Shown here piece by piece: positions 8,967 to 16,048 of a DNA stretch of 64,000 nt. The notes under the pieces were generated by a model. That model saw only the letters and a program-made list of their open reading frames with translations. It did no database searches and was not told the origin of the DNA. The stretch is from contig JACRAJ010000001.1 in NCBI GenBank assembly GCA_016213445.1, positions 206,203-270,202 on the forward strand, given 5' to 3'. This DNA is from Candidatus Azambacteria bacterium. GTDB lineage: Bacteria; Patescibacteriota; Minisyncoccia; UBA10092. The position numbers and the translations under genes are program-made. Each line of letters opens with the position of its first letter. Position 1 is the first letter of the stretch.

Positions 8967-9947
8967 ATGAAATATTTTGAATCCGTAAAATTAAATTACA
9001 AAAAAATATCGATAACGGCGGTTTTGGCAATGGCGTTTTTCGCGCTGTCTTTAAATAATTTTATACCGACTGCTCACGCGCAATACGAGGGCGATGTTGG
9101 CGGATATTCTATGGGCGATGCCGGCGGGTATTCCGTTGGCGACGCGGGAGGTTATGATTATTCAACCGGCGACGCAGGCGGTTATTCATCCGTTAGCGAT
9201 GCGGGAGGATATTCTTATCCTTCCGTTAGCGACGCCGGCGGTTATAGTTATCCTTCTGCGAGCAATGGCAGCTATAGCTATCCATCTGTAGGCGGTTCAG
9301 AAAGTTATTATTATCCGGCAAGCGGCGTAGGCTATTATGCTTTTTCTCCGGTATTTTATACCGGAACTTACGATTATCCCGCATCGAACATAAACTCTTA
9401 CAGCTTCCCTTCGGTTTCTTATCCGTCAACTTACGATTATCCCGCATCGAACATAAACTCTTACAGCTTCCATTCGGTTTCTTATCCGTCAAATCAAGGC
9501 CATGCCGCGACTGTCGGTTCATATAATTTTCCTTTAACCGCTTATGCCTCGACTTATAATTATCCGGCATCGGACATAGGCTCTTATAGTTTTCCTTCGA
9601 TTTCTTATCCGGGAACTTACGATTATCCGGCATCTTATAATGTCGGAAGCTTATATTATCCATCGACGTCATTTTTTGGCGATTATTCCACTCCGGTAGC
9701 GGAAGCGGCAACGGAAATTCGTCCGGTTGCCGCTGTTCCGACAGGTCCCGAAGATATTTTACCGTTGATTTTACCGGCAGGATTGATTTTATCCGTTGCC
9801 GTGTATTTAATATTATTTAAGGTTCGCTTCGGCGGCAGGCTTTCTTTTGCCGGCGCTTACGCGAATGTCGTTCTTGAAAGAAAAATCAGGAAAATAAAAA
9901 GAGAAGAATTGAAATCAGGCGCAAACGAAAATGAAAATAACTTTTAA
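8967..9947 (+). CDS. Secreted Tyr/Ser/Pro/Gly-rich repeat protein with C-terminal sorting-signal-like segment
   Basis: Signal peptide ...PTAHA/QY; GDAGGYS repeats; four ~21-aa TYDYPASNINSYSFPSVSYPS-type repeats; C-term AAVPTGPEDILPLILPAGLILSVAVYLILFKVRFGGR; 17-nt overlap with sortase gene. Confidence 0.7.
   Translation: MKYFESVKLNYKKISITAVLAMAFFALSLNNFIPTAHAQYEGDVGGYSMGDAGGYSVGDAGGYDYSTGDAGGYSSVSDAGGYSYPSVSDAGGYSYPSASNGSYSYPSVGGSESYYYPASGVGYYAFSPVFYTGTYDYPASNINSYSFPSVSYPSTYDYPASNINSYSFHSVSYPSNQGHAATVGSYNFPLTAYASTYNYPASDIGSYSFPSISYPGTYDYPASYNVGSLYYPSTSFFGDYSTPVAEAATEIRPVAAVPTGPEDILPLILPAGLILSVAVYLILFKVRFGGRLSFAGAYANVVLERKIRKIKREELKSGANENENNF
9366..9491 (+). repeat. Near-perfect 2 x 63-bp tandem repeat inside the Tyr/Ser-rich gene
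   Basis: ACTTACGATTATCCCGCATCGAACATAAACTCTTACAGCTTCC(C/A)TTCGGTTTCTTATCCGTCA twice (period 63 = 21 codons); two diverged units follow. Confidence 0.9.
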
Positions 9948-10557
9948 TCTTAAAAAAGAACTCGCAATATTTTTCGCGATATTAATAGCGATTAGCGCCG
10001 CGATTTATCTGTTGTTAAACGCGGGAGCTTATTTTTCCATTTTCCGCTATAACGATAACGGATCGATTTTCGATTTAAAAATTTCATCGGCAAAACAAAC
10101 GGCCAAAAACGGCGAAAATTATTATCTCCACATTCCCAAAATCGGCGTAACGGCCCCCATTGTTTTTCCAAAAGACGAGTCCGATAAAAGCGTCTTGGAC
10201 AGCCTTGAAGAGGGGGTCGGGATTTATCCGGGATCGCAGTTGCCCGGAGAAATCGGCCGTTCGGTAATTTTGGGCCACAGCTCAAGAGCGGATTGGTATA
10301 AAGGAAAATTTGCCTATATTTTTGCTCTTTTGGGCAAGCTGGAAAAAGGCGATGAATTTTACATAGTTTCCGAAAATAAAAAATTGGTTTATAAAGTTTT
10401 TGCCAAGGATATTTTAACGCCGGACAAAACCGACGAGCTTCTTTCGAAAGTTCCGGAAAATGAATCGGAAGTCGCTTTAATTACCTGCTGGCCGATAGGT
10501 TCTTCTTCATTGCGAACCGTCGTTTTTGCGAAGTTTGATCGTGAAGAGAAATTGTAA
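9931..10557 (+). CDS. Sortase family transpeptidase
   Basis: N-terminal TM; YLHIPKIGVTAPIV; catalytic His (VILGHSS), Cys (LITCWP) and Arg (LRTVVFA) in the expected order. Confidence 0.85.
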   Translation: MKITFNLKKELAIFFAILIAISAAIYLLLNAGAYFSIFRYNDNGSIFDLKISSAKQTAKNGENYYLHIPKIGVTAPIVFPKDESDKSVLDSLEEGVGIYPGSQLPGEIGRSVILGHSSRADWYKGKFAYIFALLGKLEKGDEFYIVSENKKLVYKVFAKDILTPDKTDELLSKVPENESEVALITCWPIGSSSLRTVVFAKFDREEKL

Positions 10558-10574
10558 ATTATCACGCCAAATAA

Positions 10575-10583
10575 TGCTATAAT
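10575..10583 (+). promoter_or_regulatory. Extended -10 promoter element for tRNA-Leu
   Basis: TGCTATAAT (TGn + TATAAT) about 30 nt upstream of the tRNA 5' end. Confidence 0.5.
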
Positions 10584-10613
10584 TTTTCAAACGCGCCCGT
10601 GGCGAAATTATTT

Positions 10614-10695
10614 GTCGGGATGGCGAAACTGGTAGACGCGCCAGCCTTAGGAGCTGGTGGGGCAACCCTTGGGAGTTCGACTCTCCCTCCCGACA
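10614..10695 (+). tRNA. tRNA-Leu (anticodon TAG)
   Basis: Acceptor GTCGGGA/TCCCGAC, anticodon loop CTTAGGA, long variable arm, T-arm GGGAGTTCGACTCTCCC; CCA not encoded. Confidence 0.9.
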
Positions 10696-10751
10696 CAAAC
10701 ATTGAGGTTTGACCCTGCGGGTCATCGCCCGTAGGGCGACAAGTCCTCTCG

Positions 10752-10818
10752 GGCACGCAACCAATTTTTTTCTTTAAAATGTCCTTTCCTTTTTTAAGAA
10801 AAAAATTGGTTGCGTGCC
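10752..10818. repeat. Isolated long perfect hairpin (20-bp stem, 27-nt loop)
   Basis: GGCACGCAACCAATTTTTTT (10752-10771) pairs perfectly with AAAAAAATTGGTTGCGTGCC (10799-10818). Confidence 0.85.
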
Positions 10819-10820
10819 AT

Positions 10821-10851
10821 AACAAACACCGGCCTAAGGCCGGTGTTTGTT
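10821..10851. terminator. Bidirectional hairpin between tRNA-Leu (+) and hsp20 (-)
   Basis: 14-bp stem AACAAACACCGGCC / GGCCGGTGTTTGTT, loop TAA, 4 nt from the hsp20 stop; weak U tracts. Confidence 0.6.
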
Positions 10852-10855
10852 GTTA

Positions 10856-11332
10856 TTATTCTTCGTGGTGCTTGATTTCGATTTTTTTGGTTTTGATTTT
10901 TTCCGATTTCGGAAGGCGTATCGTGAGCACTCCGTTTTTCAAAGTGGCGAGAGATTTGTCGGTTTGCACGTCAACCGGCAGAATAATCGAGCGGGAAAAA
11001 GGGCCCCAATAGCACTCTTGGTAGAAATAATCGTCTCTGGTGAGTTCTTCCTCGGCTTCCCGTTTGCCGCGAATGGTTACCATATCGTTGGTAATGGCGA
11101 TATCCAAATGTTCCGGCTTTACTCCCGCTATAGTCGACTTTATAACTATATCGGCCGGCGTTTGAAAAACGTCGATTGAAAGCTGGCCTTCGGTTTCGCT
11201 CGGCGCCCAATCGGTTTTTTTTGTTTCTGTTTCCATTTTTGTTGAAGCCGGATCTATTTTAGAATCCGGAACGCTAATTTTTTTATCTTGTTTTTTGCTT
11301 GAAGAGGCGGTTAATTTTCCAAAAAAAGACAT
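10856..11332 (-). CDS. hsp20: Small heat-shock protein, Hsp20/alpha-crystallin family
   Basis: Alpha-crystallin domain: GQLSIDVFQT...VKPEHLDIAITNDMVTIRGKRE...FSRSIILPVDVQTDKSLATLKNGVLTIRLPK. Confidence 0.92.
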   Translation of the reverse strand: MSFFGKLTASSSKKQDKKISVPDSKIDPASTKMETETKKTDWAPSETEGQLSIDVFQTPADIVIKSTIAGVKPEHLDIAITNDMVTIRGKREAEEELTRDDYFYQECYWGPFSRSIILPVDVQTDKSLATLKNGVLTIRLPKSEKIKTKKIEIKHHEE

Positions 11333-11342
11333 ATTCGATTAA

Positions 11343-11372
11343 ATTATAATTTACGATCGTTCGGTTCGTCAA
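11343..11372 (-). promoter_or_regulatory. sigma70-type promoter for hsp20 embedded in the 3' end of prsW
   Basis: Minus strand TTGACG (11372-11367), 18-nt spacer, TATAAT (11348-11343), 10 nt, ATG 11332. Confidence 0.55.
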
Positions 11373-12114
11373 CAGCGGCTTGTTGATAAGTTTGAAAATG
11401 TTTCAGGCGGTTGAACATAAAAATCACCAAGGCGGCTCCCGCTCCAAGAAGAATACCGGCTAAAACCATCGGAACGGCATCTCTGTTGCTTACCAGAAAA
11501 TTATACAGACCGTGGAAAGACGCGGCAAAAAACAATCCTTTGGCGATCAGGAATTTATCTTTTTTTATAAAATAAAACTTGGCGAAATAATATCCGGAAA
11601 TTCCGGATGCCAATCCGTGCAAGGCAACAGCAGTGATGAATCTCATCGACATAAAATTGAAAGCGGCGGAAAAATATCCCGGATCGCCGATAGGTATGAA
11701 AGAAAAAATGGCAAAAACATTTTCAATGGCCGCAAAACCCAGCGCCACAACGATTACATAAATCATCGCGTCGACCGGTTCGTCCATAATCGGATTTTTA
11801 TTTAAAGCCAAATGAGCCGCGCCGTATTTCGCCGCTTCTTCAATAAAAGGAGCGATGAAAAATAGCAGTAAGGCGCCTTCAAGGTATCCGCCTCCGAGGG
11901 GAGAGATGGAGAAGAGGTTGAAGGCTTTGCTCGCGGCCATTTCCAGAGAAATAACTATCGGCGCCAAAACGATGCCCATAAGGAACATTATAAAAATCCA
12001 ATAGCGCGGTTCCGGATTCGTATCTTCTTTTAAATAAAAAAACAGCCAAATCAAACTCGGCGAAACCGCGAGAAACAAAATTGGCAGCAATGTCGGCAAC
12101 CCTTGGCCAAACAT
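11344..12114 (-). CDS. prsW: PrsW-family intramembrane metalloprotease
   Basis: Multi-TM protein with FIEEAAKY and ENVFA/HGLYN motifs; start moved to ATG 12114 (MFGQGL...), 1 nt after valS stop. Confidence 0.75.
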   Translation of the reverse strand: MFGQGLPTLLPILFLAVSPSLIWLFFYLKEDTNPEPRYWIFIMFLMGIVLAPIVISLEMAASKAFNLFSISPLGGGYLEGALLLFFIAPFIEEAAKYGAAHLALNKNPIMDEPVDAMIYVIVVALGFAAIENVFAIFSFIPIGDPGYFSAAFNFMSMRFITAVALHGLASGISGYYFAKFYFIKKDKFLIAKGLFFAASFHGLYNFLVSNRDAVPMVLAGILLGAGAALVIFMFNRLKHFQTYQQAAVDEPNDRKL

Positions 12115-12115
12115 T

Positions 12116-14341
12116 TTATTTTGGCCACGATTCAATAATAAGCGCATCGGTTTGGAGTCCCTCGGATTTTAAGCCGCCCCAAATTTCTTCGGTTATGAAC
12201 GGCAAAAAGGGATGAAGCATTTTTATGGAATTCGTTAAAATGTAAAATAAAATTTGAGCGGTGTTTTTGGCGAGTTTAGGGTTGGCCGATTGCTGTTTTG
12301 ATTTCTCGATATAAACATCGCAGAAATCATGCCAGAAAAAATCGTATAATTTGCGCAACGCTTTTCCGAATTCATATTTTTCCAGTTGTTTTTCAATTTC
12401 TTTTTTGGTTTTTTTAAAGTCGTTAAGTATTTTTTTATCATATTTTGATAATTTTAATTTGGAAATTGTTTTAAAATTGAAAATTGAAAATTGAAAATTC
12501 TCGGTTTGTAATAGTACAAACCGAGTTGCATTCCAAATTTTATTGCAGAATTTTTTTCCGGTAATCATGGCGTCTTCGGCAAACCTGATGTCTTGATTGC
12601 CGAGATTTTGGTAAATCAGGCCGAAGCGGGTGGCGTCGGCGCCGTACTTGTCGATCAGAAGAAGGGGATCGATGCCGGTGCCGAGCGATTTGGACATTCT
12701 TTTGCCCTCCTTGGTTAAAATGGTGGCGTGAATATGCGCCGTTTTAAACGGCGATTTTCCCGTGAATTCCTTTCCCGAAAAAATCATTCTTATAATCCAA
12801 AGGTTTAAAATTTCCCTTGCCGAGGCGATGTAATCGGTTGGGTAGTATGTTTTTAAATCGGCGGTTTTTTGGGGCCAGCCGAGGGTTGCGAACGGCCAAA
12901 GCGCGGACGAAAACCAGGTATCCAAAACATCGACGCTTTGTTCCATTTCGCAATTTTTGCAAATAGGACATTCTTTTGGTTTTTCCAATGAGACTATAAA
13001 ATTATCATCCTTAATTTTATTTTTTCCTTTTTTTTGTTTAGAAATTGAAAATTGAAAATTGAAAACTCCTGTCTGGTTTTTACAAAACCAGACAGGCAAC
13101 TGGTGCCCCCACCACAATTGCCGCGAAATGTTCCAGTCGCGGATATTTTTTAGCCAGTTTAACGCCATTTTTTCCCATTTTTTCGGATGCAGCGCTGTTT
13201 CTTTGCTTTTTATGGTTTTGATCGCCGACTCGGAAAGTTTGGCCATTTTCAAAAACCATTGTTTCGAAAGGCGCGGTTCGATTTTCGCGCTGCAGCGTTC
13301 GCAAAAGGCGACGTTGTGGACATAGTCTTCGGTTTTTTCGAGCAATTCGAATTTTTGAAGTTCTGCAACCACTTTTTCCCGGCATTCAATCGCTTTAAGG
13401 CCTTCGCAAATAGGTCCGGCCGTATTCGCCATTATGCCTTTTTCGTCGATTATTTTTATTTTCGGCAAATTATGCCGAAGCGACATTTCGAAATCGGCAA
13501 CATCGTGGGCCGGCGTCACCTTTACCGCGCCGGTGCCGAAATCCATATCGACGCCGCGGTCGGCGATTACGGGTATTCTGCGGTTTTGAATCGGCAGGGC
13601 GACAAATTTTCCGACCAGATGTTTATAACGGCCGTCTTTCGGGTTGACGGCTACGGCCGCGTCGCCGAGCATCGTTTCTGGCCGCGTTGTGGCAACAGTT
13701 ATAAATCCCGATTTATCGGCCAGCGGGTATTTTATATGATATAATTTTCCTTTTTCTTCGCGATATTCGATTTCCAAATCCGATATGCCGGTTTCGCATC
13801 GCGGACACCAGTTGATAACGCGTTCTCCGCGGTAAATCCATCCTTTTTTGTGGTAATGAATAAAAGCTTCCTGAACGGCTTTCGCGTAATCGTGGTCTAA
13901 AGTAAATCGCGTCCGCGACCAGTCGGGAAGCGCTCCGATTTTTTTAAGCTGTCCCAAAATAATGTGGCCGTATTTTTCTTTCCACGCCCACATTTTTTCG
14001 GTAAATTTTTCGCGGCCCAGATCTTGCCGGCGCAAACCTTCTTTGCGCAAGCTTTTTTCAACGACATTTTGCGCGGCGATGCCGGCATGGTCGATGCCCG
14101 GAAGCCACAGCGTTTTAAATCCCTGCATCCGCTTCATTCTTATAAGAATATCGATCATCGTGTTTTCCAGCGCGTGGCCAAGATGCAACGATCCGGTAAT
14201 GTTCGGCGGCGCCATCATCACCGAAAATTTTTTGGTTCTTTTTCCCGGAAGTTTGTCGGGGTTAAAACAGCCCGATTTTTCCCAAAGTTTGTATATCCGT
14301 TCTTCAACGTCTTTCGGATTGTAAGCGGTGTTTAATTTCAT
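12116..14341 (-). CDS. valS: Valyl-tRNA synthetase, short form lacking the C-terminal coiled-coil
   Basis: PPNITGSLHLGHA (HIGH), GIDHAGIAAQ, WWGHQLPVWF, DVLDTWFSS, RMSKSLG (KMSKS); ends ...IIESWPK right after the anticodon-binding domain (741 aa). Confidence 0.95.
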   Translation of the reverse strand: MKLNTAYNPKDVEERIYKLWEKSGCFNPDKLPGKRTKKFSVMMAPPNITGSLHLGHALENTMIDILIRMKRMQGFKTLWLPGIDHAGIAAQNVVEKSLRKEGLRRQDLGREKFTEKMWAWKEKYGHIILGQLKKIGALPDWSRTRFTLDHDYAKAVQEAFIHYHKKGWIYRGERVINWCPRCETGISDLEIEYREEKGKLYHIKYPLADKSGFITVATTRPETMLGDAAVAVNPKDGRYKHLVGKFVALPIQNRRIPVIADRGVDMDFGTGAVKVTPAHDVADFEMSLRHNLPKIKIIDEKGIMANTAGPICEGLKAIECREKVVAELQKFELLEKTEDYVHNVAFCERCSAKIEPRLSKQWFLKMAKLSESAIKTIKSKETALHPKKWEKMALNWLKNIRDWNISRQLWWGHQLPVWFCKNQTGVFNFQFSISKQKKGKNKIKDDNFIVSLEKPKECPICKNCEMEQSVDVLDTWFSSALWPFATLGWPQKTADLKTYYPTDYIASAREILNLWIIRMIFSGKEFTGKSPFKTAHIHATILTKEGKRMSKSLGTGIDPLLLIDKYGADATRFGLIYQNLGNQDIRFAEDAMITGKKFCNKIWNATRFVLLQTENFQFSIFNFKTISKLKLSKYDKKILNDFKKTKKEIEKQLEKYEFGKALRKLYDFFWHDFCDVYIEKSKQQSANPKLAKNTAQILFYILTNSIKMLHPFLPFITEEIWGGLKSEGLQTDALIIESWPK
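12473..12525. repeat. (AAAATTG)n heptad array plus perfect 11-bp hairpin, in-frame inside valS
   Basis: AAAATTG x3 + AAAATTC (12473-12500) then CTCGGTTTGTA-ATAG-TACAAACCGAG (12500-12525); encodes ...TRFVLLQTENFQFSIFNFK... Confidence 0.85.
13040..13096. repeat. (GAAAATT)n heptad array plus perfect 13-bp hairpin, in-frame inside valS
   Basis: AGAAATT GAAAATT GAAAATT GAAAACT (13040-13067) then CCTGTCTGGTTTT-TAC-AAAACCAGACAGG (13068-13096); encodes ...LPVWFCKNQTGVFNFQFSIS... Confidence 0.85.
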
Positions 14342-15450
14342 AAACTAAGATTAGCATCGGCTTCCAATTTTTTCCAGCCGTCTTTCGCAGGTTTTTTGCG
14401 AAGATAATTGAAGTATCCGGCGGCGGCGATCATCGCGGCGTTGTCAGTGGCGCAAGATAAATCCGGCGCGAAGAAGGGGATTCCGCATGAATTGATTTTT
14501 GCGGCCATTGCTTCCCGCAGTTTTTTATTCGCCGAAACGCCGCCGGCAATCATCACGATTTTGGGATTAAAGTTTTTAACCGCCCGGGCGGTTTTAGCCG
14601 TTAAAACGTCAATTACGGCGTTTTGAATTTCCGCGGCCATTGCCGGTTTTATTTCTTCGGGCGGGTATTTTTTTATCAAATCGTTGTATAAATATAAAAC
14701 GGCGGTTTTGAGGCCGGAAAAGGAAAAATTATAATCTTTGGAATTGATCATTGGCCGCGGCAGTTCAATATGTAATTTGTGTTTTGTAATTTGTAATTTT
14801 TTTCGGACTTCAGACTTCGGATTTGAGATTTTTGCCGCTTCTGCGGCAATAGCCGGGCCTCCGGGGAATCCCAATCCCAAAAGCCGCGCGGTCTTGTCGA
14901 AGCATTCGCCCGCCGCGTCGTCCAAAGTTCGCCCGATGATTTTATATTTTCCGTAATCGCTCATTAAAATCAGTTCCGTATGTCCCCCGGAAACAATGAG
15001 GATGACAGATGGAAAAATCCCGCCTATCCTTTCACTTAGCCAATTAGAGAAAATATGTCCCTCCATATGATTAACTCCAATTATAGGTTTCCGAAACCTA
15101 TAAGCCAAAGCGCGGGCGGCGTTGACGCCGATTAAAAGCGACGGCATCAAACCCGGCCCTCGCGTTACTGCGATAAGGTCTATATCACCGAGTTTGGTTT
15201 TTGCCGCGCTTAAAGCGCCCTTTATCGTGGGCATGATTTTTTCCAAATGGGCGCGGGAAGCGAGATTCGGCACGATGCCGCCGAATTTTTTATGAATGGC
15301 CACTTGGGAATATGATACGTTCGACAAGATCGAAAAACCCGCCTGCGCCGAGGCTTCGGTGGGCAGGGACGGATTGGCAAATCCGCCCTTTGCTTCCACC
15401 ACCGCCGCGGCGGTGTCATCGCATGATGTTTCTATTCCAAGAATTCGCAT
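14338..15450 (-). CDS. tsaD: tRNA N6-adenosine threonylcarbamoyltransferase TsaD with low-complexity insertions
   Basis: MRILGIETSCDDTAAAVV, GVNHMEGH, GGVSAN; start moved to ATG 15450 (the longer ORF runs into the toxin remnant); ATGA overlap with valS start. Confidence 0.93.
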   Translation of the reverse strand: MRILGIETSCDDTAAAVVEAKGGFANPSLPTEASAQAGFSILSNVSYSQVAIHKKFGGIVPNLASRAHLEKIMPTIKGALSAAKTKLGDIDLIAVTRGPGLMPSLLIGVNAARALAYRFRKPIIGVNHMEGHIFSNWLSERIGGIFPSVILIVSGGHTELILMSDYGKYKIIGRTLDDAAGECFDKTARLLGLGFPGGPAIAAEAAKISNPKSEVRKKLQITKHKLHIELPRPMINSKDYNFSFSGLKTAVLYLYNDLIKKYPPEEIKPAMAAEIQNAVIDVLTAKTARAVKNFNPKIVMIAGGVSANKKLREAMAAKINSCGIPFFAPDLSCATDNAAMIAAAGYFNYLRKKPAKDGWKKLEADANLSL

Positions 15451-15455
15451 AGTAG

Positions 15456-15615
15456 TTATTGATAAATAGAATGGTCGCCGACAGAATGAAACCAAACTAT
15501 ATCTTTTTTATCAAAATTAAAAATAATCCGATATTTATCGTTAATAGAAAAAGCCCAGTACTCTCGGCAACTTTTTATATTCCCGTTCGAATTTTGAAGA
15601 ATAATAAATCCTCAT
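15456..15615 (-). pseudogene. Degraded RelE/ParE-superfamily toxin gene (internal deletion plus frameshift)
   Basis: Frame 1 from ATG 15615: MRIYYSSKFEREYKKLPR...stop. The +1 frame continues ...EYWAFSINDKYRIIFNFDKKDIVWFHSVGDHSIYQ*. 160 nt, not a multiple of 3; ~30 central residues of a normal toxin are missing. Confidence 0.6.
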
Positions 15616-15623
15616 AAATGGAT

Positions 15624-15839
15624 TTATCGCAAATCTTTGAACGATTTCAATAATTTTCCTCCGCCATTGCGAAGTTCTTGACGGCTTTCTTCCAATTCTT
15701 TGGCGAGCCTTCCCTCCATCCAGGAACGGAGCAACGCGCGGAAAAATTCGCTTTTGCTTGAAAAGTGTTCTCTTTTTACGCCGTCTTCAACCGCCTTAAC
15801 CATTTCTTCCGGCAATGAAATATTTACGATATTTCGCAT
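15624..15839 (-). CDS. Ribbon-helix-helix (CopG/ParD-like) antitoxin
   Basis: MRNIVNISLPEEMVKAVEDGVKREHFSSKSEFFRALLRSW: beta-strand then two helices typical of RHH; stop is 8 nt upstream of the toxin remnant ATG. Confidence 0.75.
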   Translation of the reverse strand: MRNIVNISLPEEMVKAVEDGVKREHFSSKSEFFRALLRSWMEGRLAKELEESRQELRNGGGKLLKSFKDLR

Positions 15840-15853
15840 AGGTTTATGTTTTA

Positions 15854-15876
15854 ATTGTAATAATTTATATTACAAT
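15854..15876. promoter_or_regulatory. Palindromic operator candidate upstream of the RHH antitoxin gene
   Basis: ATTGTAAT (15854-15861), 7 nt, ATTACAAT (15869-15876); overlaps TATAAA-like -10 sequences on the minus strand. Confidence 0.45.
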
Positions 15877-15909
15877 AATAACAGTTTGGTTGATGTTATC
15901 AAATGATTG

Positions 15910-15981
15910 TAGCCCTAAGGGGAATCGAACCCCTGTTACCAGGATGAAAACCTGATGTCCTAACCACTAGACGATAGGGCC
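15910..15981 (-). tRNA. tRNA-Glu (anticodon TTC)
   Basis: GGCCCTATCGTCTAGTGGTTAGGAC..., anticodon loop TTTTCAT, T-arm AGGGGTTCGATTCCCCT, acceptor with G1-U72. Confidence 0.88.
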
Positions 15982-16048
15982 TTAAAAAACCTTGATTGGC
16001 GTATTTTACTGAATTTTTGAATTTTTGGCAATTTTTGTGTTATAACTC

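Noticed and set aside
12473-13067. Possibility that the GAAAATT arrays, or the A/B/78-nt repeats, form a CRISPR array
   Set aside because: There are no regularly spaced identical repeats with unique spacers. The heptads are contiguous microsatellites. The larger repeats are kilobases apart, and no cas genes are present.
15451-15495. N-terminal extensions suggested by the ORF track (tsaD to 15495; also 20310-20402, 33970-34002, 34618-34719, 36604-36642, 39090-39122, 42119-42229, 53211-53228, 56814-55, 23011-25)
   Set aside because: The extensions overlap tRNAs, repeats or the preceding gene. They often start at non-ATG codons and precede a Met that matches the canonical N-terminus of the protein family.
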